Shown here: piece after piece, positions 38,647-47,998 of the stretch
Layout of the letters: each line of letters opens with the position of its first letter
Numbering within the stretch: the first letter of the stretch is position 1
Virus record (IMG/VR): IMGVR_UViG_3300023235_000008
Coordinates: 62,001 to 126,000 of that record
Length of the DNA: 64,000 nucleotides
Direction: 5' to 3' (one strand)
Translations under genes and position numbers: made by a program
Notes under the pieces: model-generated
The model's database searches: none
Told to the model about the DNA's origin: nothing
What the model saw: only the letters and a program-made list of their open reading frames with translations

Positions 38647-40290
38647 TTGAGTTACGTTGACGCAATCTACGATAAACGAAATAACGTTGTTAAGGTAGTT
38701 GAAAGACTGAATGGTAAACGAATAGTAACCGAACATCCGTGTAAATGGACGTTTTATTATGACGATCCAGCTGGAAAGTATAATACTATTTTTCGTAATC
38801 CTGTTTCCAAATTCGAATCTGATAGTAAAAAGGAATTTCATCGTGAGTTGAAAAGTCGTAGTCAGACACGTGTATGGGAAAGTGATATAAATATTGTTAA
38901 TAAGACACTTGAACGTCACTATATTGGGCAGATGTCGCCCAAGCTAAACGTGTGCTTCTTCGATATTGAGGTTGACTTTTCGCCTACGCTTGGTTTTGCG
39001 CCACCCGATGACCCGTTCAATAAAGTAACGGCTATCTCATTATATTGTTCGTGGATGGATGAAATGGTTACGTTAGCTATTCCACCAAATACACTGACGC
39101 TTGAAGAAGCCGAGGCAATGATGGATTTCCCCAACACATACCTATTCAGTAACGAAGGGGATATGATTGAAACGTTCCTTGACTTAATCCAAGAAGCCGA
39201 TGTGCTTACGGGTTGGAACAGTGAAGGCTACGATATTCCGTATATGGTTAACCGAACGGCACGGGTTCTTAGTAAGAATGACACACGCCGTTTCTGTTTA
39301 CTTGACCAACTCCCAAAAGAACGTGAATACGAAAAATATGGCAAGATGCAAAAGACGTATGATTTACGTGGACGTATTCACTTGGATAGCCTATCATTGT
39401 ATCAGCAATATACCTATCACGAAATGCATTCGTATTCGTTGGATACCATTTCTGAATATGAACTAGGTGCCCGTAAAATCCAATACGCAGGATCGCTAGA
39501 TAAGTTATACAATGACGACTTTTATAAGTTCATTGAATACAACCGTCAGGATACTTTGCTATTAAAGCAACTTGATGATAAGCTACAGTTTATTGATCTA
39601 TGCAATGAAATCGCACACGATAATACAGTGCTTATTGCGGCAGCTATGGGTGCCGTTGGTGTTACTGACCAAGCCCTTATCAACTATGCGCATTCACTTG
39701 ATATGGTTGTGCCTAATAAGGTTCATTATGGCGACGACGAAGATCACCGTGCGGCTGGTGCTTATGTGGCGCATCCGAAGAAAGGCACACATAAATGGGT
39801 AGGTGCTATCGATATTAACTCACTATATCCATCGGCTATTCGTGCATTGAATATGAGTCCCGAGACATTTGTAGCACAGTTATTGCCTACACATACACGT
39901 CCGCTTATTGAAAAACGAATGGCTGAAGGCAAGTCGTTTGCAGGAGCATGGGAAGGGTTATTTGGTACACTTGAATATTCCTTTATGGATGATAAAGATG
40001 ATACCACACCACTCAAAGTACAATGGGCAGATGGCAAGCAAACCACACATACTGGCAAGGAAATTAACGATATTATTTTCCATGGTGGTGAAAAATGGGT
40101 AGTAAGCGGTAACGGCACAGTATTTGAGTATAATAAGCAAGGCATCATTCCCGGCATACTTGAAAAATGGTACGCAGAACGCCAAGAACTACAAGCCAAG
40201 AAGAAGGCAGCGGCGGTTATTGATGATTCTACCATAGAAGTACCTAATGATATTATGTCTAAACTTGGAAAGGATTTGATAGACGACTAA
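38647..40290 (+). CDS. Family B DNA polymerase, piece 1 (N-terminus, 3'-5' exonuclease, palm motif A, first finger helix)
   Basis: FFDIEV (ExoI), GWNSEGYDIPY (ExoII), YNRQD (ExoIII), AIDINSLYPS (motif A), GIIPGILEKWY.ER; then a stop. TTG start with AGGAG. Confidence 0.93.
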   Translation: MSYVDAIYDKRNNVVKVVERLNGKRIVTEHPCKWTFYYDDPAGKYNTIFRNPVSKFESDSKKEFHRELKSRSQTRVWESDINIVNKTLERHYIGQMSPKLNVCFFDIEVDFSPTLGFAPPDDPFNKVTAISLYCSWMDEMVTLAIPPNTLTLEEAEAMMDFPNTYLFSNEGDMIETFLDLIQEADVLTGWNSEGYDIPYMVNRTARVLSKNDTRRFCLLDQLPKEREYEKYGKMQKTYDLRGRIHLDSLSLYQQYTYHEMHSYSLDTISEYELGARKIQYAGSLDKLYNDDFYKFIEYNRQDTLLLKQLDDKLQFIDLCNEIAHDNTVLIAAAMGAVGVTDQALINYAHSLDMVVPNKVHYGDDEDHRAAGAYVAHPKKGTHKWVGAIDINSLYPSAIRALNMSPETFVAQLLPTHTRPLIEKRMAEGKSFAGAWEGLFGTLEYSFMDDKDDTTPLKVQWADGKQTTHTGKEINDIIFHGGEKWVVSGNGTVFEYNKQGIIPGILEKWYAERQELQAKKKAAAVIDDSTIEVPNDIMSKLGKDLIDD

Positions 40291-40312
40291 TCTCGTCTTT
40301 TGTCCTAAATAA

Positions 40313-40669
40313 ACCAAACAATATGAGTTTCTAAAAGAGAATGAAGTTGAAAGTCACCATTACCGTTATGACGGGCATTCTGTTAAAAATATAAAGTGCT
40401 ATAAGTATAAAGATTATATTGCTATTGGCGGCAAAAATATGATATCATTATTACAAGAGAATCAAATAGATATTCCAAGAAAATACGTGGATGATATAGA
40501 AATGTCTTTTCCTAAACCTCATCACAATATGCGTGAAGATAGGAAAAACTTTTTCGGTGAATATCACGGGAAATGCCTAAAAGATTTAGGTGTTGCCAAA
40601 TATAAACTCACAGAGATAGGAGAATTGAATGGATTTAGTCTCTACAATCCAAGACCTCATCAGCAATAA
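40313..40669 (+). pseudogene. Start-less degenerate ORF between PolB pieces (possible homing endonuclease remnant)
   Basis: Open frame of ~118 codons with no start near its 5' end; AT-rich; no motif firmly recognised. Confidence 0.3.
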
Positions 40670-41582
40670 CGAAACTGAAAAGTTAGAACAAGTGATGAGA
40701 GAAAACGATTTGGTTGTAAGAAACGGCAAGATTGAAAACAAAGATAGGGGTGCAGTAGCATTCCGGGATAAGCGGCAGTTGGTCAAAAAGATCAACTTGA
40801 ATTCGTAAATATTGCGACTTTATATAGTAATATATAATGAAAAACTCCTCTAACTGCGGGGAACTCTCACCGAGACAATCCGCAGCCAAGCCCGTAAGGG
40901 AAGGTTCAACGACTATGCGAAAGCAGTAGTATCAAGTGATACGAAACGGGGAGCAACCTTCAAGGTTGGTGATATAGTCTAATCTGTATGGCGACATACA
41001 GCAGTTCATGAGAGAACGCACATAAACTAACGACTTATGTGGAATATAAATGTGTATGGTGCTGTATTGAATAAGCATTGTCGTTTCTACGTCTTTGATA
41101 TCGGACAGTCAACCACACTAACTGGTCGGTGTATTGCAAAGCATATGTCAGCATACGTGAATCAATCACTGGCGGGTGAATACGATCATACTGGAAAAAG
41201 TATTGTGTATGGCGACACAGACTCAGAATTTGCCGAAACCATACACAAGACCAATTGGGGTGAGCTTACCGTAGAAGAATTGTTCAACCGAGGGCAGCGT
41301 TATTGGAATGATGCCAAGGATGATACAAAGGAATATAGTGCTAACGATGATTTGAAGGTTCTTTCGTATAACCCGGAAGAAGGCAAAGCGTATTACGGGC
41401 ACATCAATTATATCTACAGGCATAAGGTATCTAAAGAACAATGGGAAATTGAGGATCAATATGGTAATACCATTCGTGTAACTGGCGATCACTCAGTTAT
41501 GGTTGAGAGAGATGGCGTATTGATGGAAATAAAACCACGAGATATATTGAAGGATGATTTACTTATTACTACTACTGAATAA
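40629..41582 (+). CDS. Family B DNA polymerase, piece 2 (spliced 40629-40806 + 41053-41582): second finger helix, motif B, YGDTD, IntN
   Basis: ATG at 40629 after AGGAG. Splicing restores DKRQLVKKINLNSLYGAVLN. The spliced length is 708 nt, giving 235 aa. Confidence 0.85.
40807..41052 (+). mobile_element. ORF-less group I intron (246 nt) in PolB motif B
   Basis: P AACTGCGGGGAA, Q AATCCGCAGC, R GTTCAACGACTA, S GATATAGTCT. The exon ends in U pairing U.G with IGS GCGACTT, and the intron ends in G. Confidence 0.9.
41223..41579 (+). mobile_element. Split intein N-fragment (119 aa, Ser1, no Cys)
   Basis: Follows YGDTD; block B TGDHSVMV; stops at 41580-41582. Confidence 0.88.
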
Positions 41583-41701
41583 GGTCTTCATCATATGCTA
41601 CCAATAATGGATACGAGGTATTTGTTATCTGGGAAAATGATTGGTATCACGACCAATATACTATTATACAACGAGTAAAGGAATGGTGGAATGGAAGTTA
41701 A
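41583..41701 (+). pseudogene. C-terminal remnant of a Vsr-like (EDxHD-type) endonuclease between the intein halves
   Basis: Reads SYATNNGYEVFVIWENDWYHDQYTIIQRVKEWWNGS* with no start. Confidence 0.55.
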
Positions 41702-41822
41702 AAAAGCTAAAGTAAAATCTGTCAAACAGTTAGACAACTTTGATGATGAATATGTCTATGACATAGGCATGAAGAATGAAGAGCATCCATGGTTCTTCGG
41801 CAACAACATTCTCGTTCATAAC
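41691..41822 (+). mobile_element. Split intein C-fragment (44 aa, His-Asn, +1 Ser, no Cys)
   Basis: Block F YVYDIGM and block G NNILVHN/S. Confidence 0.9.
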
Positions 41823-42680
41823 AGCGTGTATTTTTCAATGTGGCCAGTTATCGAAGATGCGGTTAATAATGGTGAAATGGAATGGTCGAAAAAAATCTGC
41901 ACCGAAGTATACGATCAGGTGTCGGAAGCCGTAAATGAATCGTTTCCTCCGTTTATGAAGAAAGCATTTAACTGTCCGCAACATATGGGCGAAATCATTG
42001 AAGGTGGCCGAGAACTTATCGCAACAAAAGGATTGTTCATAAAGAAGAAGCGGTATGGTCTTATGATTTATGACGACGAAGGAACACGCCGTGATGTTGA
42101 TGGCAAAGAGGGCAAAGTCAAAGCTATGGGCTTGGACTTGAAGCGTTCGGATACGCCGGGGTATATGCAAGAATTTCTTATGGAAATCCTTATCGATGTG
42201 TTAACAGACAAAGAAGAAGATGAAATCATTGGTAAGATTTTTGACTTCAAAAAAGAGTTTGTAGAACGTCCGCCTTGGGAAAAAGGTACGCCAAAACGTG
42301 TGAACAACCTTACCAAGTACACCAAGATGTATGAAAATAAGGGCATGAAAGGCGTAATGATTCCCGGTCACGTATCGGCAGCTATTCATTGGAATAAGTT
42401 AAAAAAGTTCTATTCTGATAACTATTCAATGGATATTCAAGACGGTCAAAAGACTATTGTGTGTAAGTTAAAGAATAATCCGCTTGGATATACGAGCATC
42501 GGGTATCCGATTGATGAACCACATATTCCAGACTGGTTTAAGGATTTGCCGTTTGATAACGAGTTAATGCTTGCAACTATTGTGGATCAAAAAATTAAAA
42601 ACTTGCTTGGTGTTATGAAGTGGGATTTGGATACTAAAACAGACGTTACTTCGACTTTTAATACACTATTTGATGTATAG
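41691..42680 (+). CDS. Family B DNA polymerase, piece 3: IntC (44 aa) plus remaining palm and thumb
   Basis: VYDIGM..HPWFFGNNILVHN|SVYF; KKKRYG, KAMGLDLKRSDTP, KGTPKRVN. Confidence 0.92.
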   Translation: MEVKKAKVKSVKQLDNFDDEYVYDIGMKNEEHPWFFGNNILVHNSVYFSMWPVIEDAVNNGEMEWSKKICTEVYDQVSEAVNESFPPFMKKAFNCPQHMGEIIEGGRELIATKGLFIKKKRYGLMIYDDEGTRRDVDGKEGKVKAMGLDLKRSDTPGYMQEFLMEILIDVLTDKEEDEIIGKIFDFKKEFVERPPWEKGTPKRVNNLTKYTKMYENKGMKGVMIPGHVSAAIHWNKLKKFYSDNYSMDIQDGQKTIVCKLKNNPLGYTSIGYPIDEPHIPDWFKDLPFDNELMLATIVDQKIKNLLGVMKWDLDTKTDVTSTFNTLFDV

Positions 42681-42704
42681 TAATATACACACATAAATAG
42701 GTAT

Positions 42705-43622
42705 ATGGATGCTAACAAATATTGGGATTTAGTTAAGAAATACGATGAATTTAAACGGATTGACTATGCACCGTTATCGGAAACGTTGAGTAGTTATTCC
42801 AGTATCGCATCCACTATTCGAAATGGTGAAGATTTAGCCAAAGACTTACTTGAAATGCAACATATCATTGGTCGCAGAACAGTAAAAAAATTAGATAAGA
42901 AATTTCAAGAAGAAATACGAAAATATGAGATAGAGTTTATTCAGCAAAGTTATCGTTATTATGATAGCGAAATGAAGTTTGACGACTATGCACATATCAA
43001 CCAATATTACACAGATTTGCATTTACCCGTTGCTGCAAAAGAAATAATAGAAGGAAAAATAAATCTTGCTATCAAATGGCAGTATCCCGGTATGGAATTA
43101 AGTCCCGGCATAAATCATTTTACGGATAAATTGGTGGGGCTTGATCCTTTGTATATCGTTGATAAGCATTCTGAGTCTCTTATTAATACGAAAAACAAGT
43201 TCAACGATGCGTATCAGCGACGATTGCGCACATATCACGCCCACGGCGACGTGGACTTTAGATCATTGCCAGTTGGGCAAATGGGTCTTATTTTTAGTTT
43301 TGGATTTTTCGAAAGATTGCCGCTTGATGTTATTAAAATATACTTAACCGAATTTAAAAAACTTCTTCGACCTGATGGACGAGTTATTATGAGCTATAAT
43401 AATTGTTTGCTGAAATCGAGTCTTGATAACACTATCTTTAAAAAATATAGATTATTCAATACACGTGATTACATTGAGCCTTTGGTTTATGGGCTAGGAT
43501 TTGATAATATTAGTACAACTGATATTGAACCAAATATATCCATATTGGAATTCACGCAGCCCGGAGAATTTTACACACAACGTGCTGGTCAAACTCTTGG
43601 AAATATCAAAAAAACATATTGA
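42705..43622 (+). CDS. Methyltransferase-like protein
   Basis: GMELSPG, YIVD, LIFSFGFFE...LLRPDGRV; ATAAATA 5 nt upstream. Confidence 0.5.
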   Translation: MDANKYWDLVKKYDEFKRIDYAPLSETLSSYSSIASTIRNGEDLAKDLLEMQHIIGRRTVKKLDKKFQEEIRKYEIEFIQQSYRYYDSEMKFDDYAHINQYYTDLHLPVAAKEIIEGKINLAIKWQYPGMELSPGINHFTDKLVGLDPLYIVDKHSESLINTKNKFNDAYQRRLRTYHAHGDVDFRSLPVGQMGLIFSFGFFERLPLDVIKIYLTEFKKLLRPDGRVIMSYNNCLLKSSLDNTIFKKYRLFNTRDYIEPLVYGLGFDNISTTDIEPNISILEFTQPGEFYTQRAGQTLGNIKKTY

Positions 43623-43684
43623 TTTTACTATCCGCAGTTTGATATAATATATTATAAACAAATGACAAATTACATGGAGTTTAA

Positions 43685-44413
43685 ATGAAAGACGCATTAC
43701 TTGATATCGTCCAACATACAACTGGATTGGGTTTTATTGACCTAGTAAAAGTTGTTGGCGACGTAGACCAAACAGCAGTAAATGGAATGGCAGACGACCG
43801 TTCTGTAGTAGTTGAAGCAAAGTTCAATTCCCCAGTGACCGAGTTCAGTGGCACATTTGGGATGCCGAACCTAAAAAAGCTTCAAACACTTCTAAACATC
43901 CCGGTATATGCCGAAGATGCAAAGCTTGAGTTATCCACGCAGGATCGCAATGGCGAAAATGTTCCAGTTGGTATTCACTTCGAAAACTCTACTGGTGACT
44001 TCAAGAACGACTATCGTTTTATGACTATGGACGTTATTAACGAAAGGCTGAAGAGCGTAAAGTTCCGAGGCGCAAACTGGAACGTAGAGTTCAAACCCAG
44101 CGCAGCCGCTATCCAGCGGTTTAAATACCAAATCCAAGCAAACAGTGACGAAGAAAGCTTTATCGCTAAAACGGAAGACGGCGATCTTGTTTTCTATTTT
44201 GGCGACCACTCAACACACGCCGGTAACTTTGTATTCCAGCCAAGCATTGAAGGCAAATTAGCACGTGCTTGGAAATGGCCAGTGGCACAAACATTGGCTA
44301 TCCTAAATCTAAACGGCGACATCACCATGAAATTCAGCGATGATGGTGCCGCACAAATCACTGTTGATAGCGGCCTTGCTATTTATGAATACATCTTACC
44401 AGCTAAACAATAG
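43685..44413 (+). CDS. DNA polymerase sliding clamp (gp45/PCNA-like)
   Basis: ~240-aa acidic protein near PolB ending in ITVDSGLAIYEYILP; GGAG RBS. Confidence 0.65.
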   Translation: MKDALLDIVQHTTGLGFIDLVKVVGDVDQTAVNGMADDRSVVVEAKFNSPVTEFSGTFGMPNLKKLQTLLNIPVYAEDAKLELSTQDRNGENVPVGIHFENSTGDFKNDYRFMTMDVINERLKSVKFRGANWNVEFKPSAAAIQRFKYQIQANSDEESFIAKTEDGDLVFYFGDHSTHAGNFVFQPSIEGKLARAWKWPVAQTLAILNLNGDITMKFSDDGAAQITVDSGLAIYEYILPAKQ

Positions 44414-44422
44414 GATATAAAA

Positions 44423-44638
44423 ATGAAAAACGAAGTAACTAAAATCTATAACGACCTCGACACATTCCGTGATTTCTGCCGAGAAGAAGGATTCGTCTTT
44501 CGAGAAGGTGATCTCTATAATCAAAAAACTTATTGGGGTCTTATGGATCGTCGTAATAATCGTGGATTGATTATTGACAACCAATGGGAAAAGGGTGCGA
44601 AGATTTTCCGTCGCCCCATTCATCACAGGAACAAATAA
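44423..44638 (+). CDS. Hypothetical protein
   Basis: AGGA RBS. Confidence 0.55.
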   Translation: MKNEVTKIYNDLDTFRDFCREEGFVFREGDLYNQKTYWGLMDRRNNRGLIIDNQWEKGAKIFRRPIHHRNK

Positions 44639-44639
44639 A

Positions 44640-44900
44640 ATGGACCTAACTGCCCTCCCTTATACATACCATGCTCGGGTTGATAGTATCACCTATAGAC
44701 CATCGAGAACCGGACAACCGGGCGGCGCATTAAACGCCAACTGGTCTACCGTTGATGCCATCGCCATCGTGTGTGCTAAGGCCGGAAATCTCGGCCTGAA
44801 ATATGGTGAAGATTTCTGGTGGGAAGGGACAGGAAGTGATATACTCCACTTTCGTTTCAAAGATGAAAAATACATTATGATGTTAGGATTATCAATATGA
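44640..44900 (+). CDS. Hypothetical protein
   Basis: Operon ORF with an ATGA overlap downstream. Confidence 0.5.
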   Translation: MDLTALPYTYHARVDSITYRPSRTGQPGGALNANWSTVDAIAIVCAKAGNLGLKYGEDFWWEGTGSDILHFRFKDEKYIMMLGLSI

Positions 44901-45655
44901 AGATAATTGTTGCTAGTGGTGGGTTTGATCCTTTGCACAGTGGGCATATTGCTTACCTAAATGAAGCAAGCAAACTGGGAGATAAACTATTAGTCGGCGT
45001 AAACTCCGATCCATGGTTGGCGCGTAAAAAAGGACGGGCTTTTATGCCTTACGATGAACGTGCAGAAATTATTAACAATATTAAATCTGTTGATTTAGTA
45101 TATGGGTTTGACGATTCGGACGGTTCGGCATGTGAACTACTTCGTGATATTCAACAAGAGTATCCAAGTGATGAAATCATCTTTGCCAATGGCGGCGATA
45201 GAACATCCACAAACATTCCCGAGATGAACGTGCTTGGGGGTCGAATTAAATGTATATTCGGCGTCGGTGGCAATGATAAAAAGAACAGCAGTTCTACTAT
45301 TCTCAAAGGATGGGATAAACAATATAAAGATACCCGATGGGGATATTGGGAAGTTCTTGACAATGAGTTCACACAGGCCAAGATGAAGAAACTTGTTGTA
45401 AAGCCCGGTGGTTGTTTGTCTTATCAAAGACATCAACATCGCAACGAACATTGGTTTGTCGTTGATGGTAAGGGTAAGGTCATTACTAGAAAAGATATGA
45501 CAGAAACTATCAATAGATTGACGAGGTTTGATATGATTCAAATCCCGCAAATGTCTTGGCATCAACTTATCAACGATAGCCGAGATGAAGATTTGGTAAT
45601 CTACGAAATACAATACGGCGAAAAGTGCGTTGAAGAGGATATTGAAAGTGAATAA
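44897..45655 (+). CDS. Cytidylyltransferase-like domain fused to a cupin (mannose-6-P isomerase type II C-terminal-like)
   Basis: SGGFDPLHSGH (HxGH), FANGGDR, RWGYWEVL, LSYQRHQHRNEHW. Confidence 0.85.
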   Translation: MKIIVASGGFDPLHSGHIAYLNEASKLGDKLLVGVNSDPWLARKKGRAFMPYDERAEIINNIKSVDLVYGFDDSDGSACELLRDIQQEYPSDEIIFANGGDRTSTNIPEMNVLGGRIKCIFGVGGNDKKNSSSTILKGWDKQYKDTRWGYWEVLDNEFTQAKMKKLVVKPGGCLSYQRHQHRNEHWFVVDGKGKVITRKDMTETINRLTRFDMIQIPQMSWHQLINDSRDEDLVIYEIQYGEKCVEEDIESE

Positions 45656-45659
45656 ACAA

Positions 45660-45992
45660 ATGAAACGAGTTATAATCGAAAGCCCATATGCGGCAGATAC
45701 CAAAGAAGGCATTGCTGCCAATGTGGCATATGCCCGAAAAGCAGTAAGAGATAGTCTAAATCGTGATGAAGCGCCTATTGCCAGTCACTTGCTTTACACT
45801 CAAGAAGGTATTTTGCGTGACGAGATTCCAGAAGAAAGAATGTGGGGCATAAATGCCGGACTAGCTTGGCGTGAAGCATCGTCAGGAACAGTAGTTTATC
45901 AAGATCGTGGTATCACATCAGGAATGCAATATGGCATTGATAAGGCCGAGGACTCCGGTAAGCCAGTAGAATACAGGAACATTGAAGAATGA
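45660..45992 (+). CDS. Hypothetical protein (nucleoside deoxyribosyltransferase-like fold)
   Basis: RVIIESPYA...APIASHLLY...GI..GMQYGI. Confidence 0.55.
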   Translation: MKRVIIESPYAADTKEGIAANVAYARKAVRDSLNRDEAPIASHLLYTQEGILRDEIPEERMWGINAGLAWREASSGTVVYQDRGITSGMQYGIDKAEDSGKPVEYRNIEE

Positions 45993-46086
45993 TTGCAGCA
46001 ATATTTTTAGCGATAATCACAACCGCAGTTGGTTGGTATGTTGTTAGGTTATTGAATAAGGTTGCCGAACGACTTGATAAAGAAGA

Positions 46087-46374
46087 ATGACAGTTTTAAA
46101 GAGATATCGCACCACGGATTGGGTAAATGGTGCTGATTTTCCAGATGAACCATTCGTGTTTGATGTTCGCAACTGGGACATCGCGAACACAATGCAACAC
46201 ATGCTACTGACGCCCAAAATACAGAACTGTGAAAATCTAGTGGCCGTTACTCTTCGTTGTTTGCCTGTAATGGAAGAACTATATCGATGTGAGCGAGCGG
46301 CCCGCAAAGGAAACTTTCGCATACTCTGGATGAAATCCAAACTACAAGAAACATCTATGGAGAACATAAAATGA
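46087..46374 (+). CDS. Hypothetical protein, paralog of 24205..24501
   Basis: Shared sequence blocks. Confidence 0.7.
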   Translation: MTVLKRYRTTDWVNGADFPDEPFVFDVRNWDIANTMQHMLLTPKIQNCENLVAVTLRCLPVMEELYRCERAARKGNFRILWMKSKLQETSMENIK

Positions 46375-46547
46375 AAACACTAGAAGAGGCAGCAATCGCC
46401 TTATATATGGCTGGACGATGGGAACTCCCACACGATAGACTTGATCCCACTAAAAATGATATTGATCAAGCAAAGTTATGGGAAGATTTACGCGATGCAC
46501 TGGACCTTCCAGAAGGTACGGCAACGGATGCGGGAGTTGGTAAATGA
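46371..46547 (+). CDS. Small hypothetical protein (58 aa, below the track cutoff)
   Basis: ATGA-coupled, GGAG RBS; MKTLEEAAIALYMAGRW... Confidence 0.55.
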   Translation: MKTLEEAAIALYMAGRWELPHDRLDPTKNDIDQAKLWEDLRDALDLPEGTATDAGVGK

Positions 46548-46599
46548 CGAAAGAAAAGATATTTATTGAATTGATGGAAGCACAAATAAAGGATTATAA

Positions 46600-47631
46600 A
46601 TGGCAAAAACTGCCCTGATAACAGGATGCACTGGACAAGACGGATCATATTTAGCAGAATTATTGCTCGCCAAAGGGTACATGGTTCACGGTATTCGTCG
46701 CCGTTCAGCGACTGACAACACAAACAATATTAAACATATACTGGGTCACGAGCGATTGAATCTTCATTACGCTGATCTTACCGATGCAGCAGCGATCTTG
46801 GGTGTTTTAAAAGCAACTCGCCCAGATGAAATCTATAATCTTGCCGCACAATCGCATGTACGTGTATCGTTTGATATTCCAGTACAGACCTGCGATATCA
46901 ATGCCCTTGGAACAATGCGCATCCTCGAAGGTATGCGACACCTGAATATGTTTGAGACAACACGATTCTATCAGGCATCAACCTCAGAACTCTATGGTGA
47001 AGTGAAGGCTGTTCCGCAAGATGAGAACACACCATTCCATCCTCGCTCACCATATGGTGTATCAAAGTTGTATGCATATTGGGCAGTAAAAAACTACAAA
47101 GAATCATACAATCTATTTGGATGTAATGGAATTTTATTCAATCACGAAAGCCCGAGGCGAGGTGATGATTTTGTAACAAAGAAGATTACCAATCACGTAT
47201 GCGCTTACAGGGATGTCATTTTGAACCCAGAAAATACAAATGTAACAATGGATGTATTAGAACTTGGTAATATTGATGCGAAGCGTGACTGGGGGCATGC
47301 CAAGGATTATGTTGAAGGTATGTGGCGAATGCTGCAACAAGATAAACCCGATGATTATGTTCTGGCTACGGGCGAAACAAAAACAGTCCGTGAACTTGTA
47401 GAAGTTGCATTCAGTCACAAAGATATGGATATTAATTGGGAAGGCGAAGGCGTAAAGGAAGTTGGATTCAGCAACGACGGCGAAGTTCTTGTAAGAATCA
47501 ATCCTGAGTTCTATCGCCCTGCCGAAGTTGATTTACTTATCGGTGACCCTACAAAGGCTGAAACCGTTCTTGGGTGGAAGCGTCAATATGATTTTGAAGC
47601 ATTAGTAAAGGATATGATGAATGGCTATTAA
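46600..47631 (+). CDS. gmd: GDP-mannose 4,6-dehydratase
   Basis: [58 protein letters not shown]. Confidence 0.95.
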   Translation: MAKTALITGCTGQDGSYLAELLLAKGYMVHGIRRRSATDNTNNIKHILGHERLNLHYADLTDAAAILGVLKATRPDEIYNLAAQSHVRVSFDIPVQTCDINALGTMRILEGMRHLNMFETTRFYQASTSELYGEVKAVPQDENTPFHPRSPYGVSKLYAYWAVKNYKESYNLFGCNGILFNHESPRRGDDFVTKKITNHVCAYRDVILNPENTNVTMDVLELGNIDAKRDWGHAKDYVEGMWRMLQQDKPDDYVLATGETKTVRELVEVAFSHKDMDINWEGEGVKEVGFSNDGEVLVRINPEFYRPAEVDLLIGDPTKAETVLGWKRQYDFEALVKDMMNGY

Positions 47632-47998
47632 AAATAAATCAGATTATTGGGGCACTCGTGGACTGGGCACTGCGGCGAGCGATTGGACAAATACTTACAC
47701 AACAACTAGTAGTAATGCTTACTCAGGCACCATTACAATAGATAATATTCAACCAAGCGACAAGACCGCAATGATTAACGGTGACTTGGATGTAACGGGC
47801 GATATTAAAGTAGATGGTGAAAAACTATCTGACAAACTATCACGCATTGAACACGAACTAAGCCTACCGGACGTGATTAAGGATCATCCAGAACGCAGAC
47901 GTAAACATGCCACACTGCAAAAAATCTACGATGAATATATGCGTGAAGAAGAAAAACTTAAAATGTGGGAACGGTTAAAAGGCGAACGTGACGATTAA
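47621..47998 (+). CDS. Hypothetical protein
   Basis: AAGGA RBS; overlaps the gmd stop. Confidence 0.6.
   Translation: MAIKNKSDYWGTRGLGTAASDWTNTYTTTSSNAYSGTITIDNIQPSDKTAMINGDLDVTGDIKVDGEKLSDKLSRIEHELSLPDVIKDHPERRRKHATLQKIYDEYMREEEKLKMWERLKGERDD

Noticed and set aside
41037-41052. ATG at 41037 as the start of an independent gene
   Set aside because: It lies inside the 3' end of the group I intron, and the product would lack motif B; splicing gives the canonical NSLYG.
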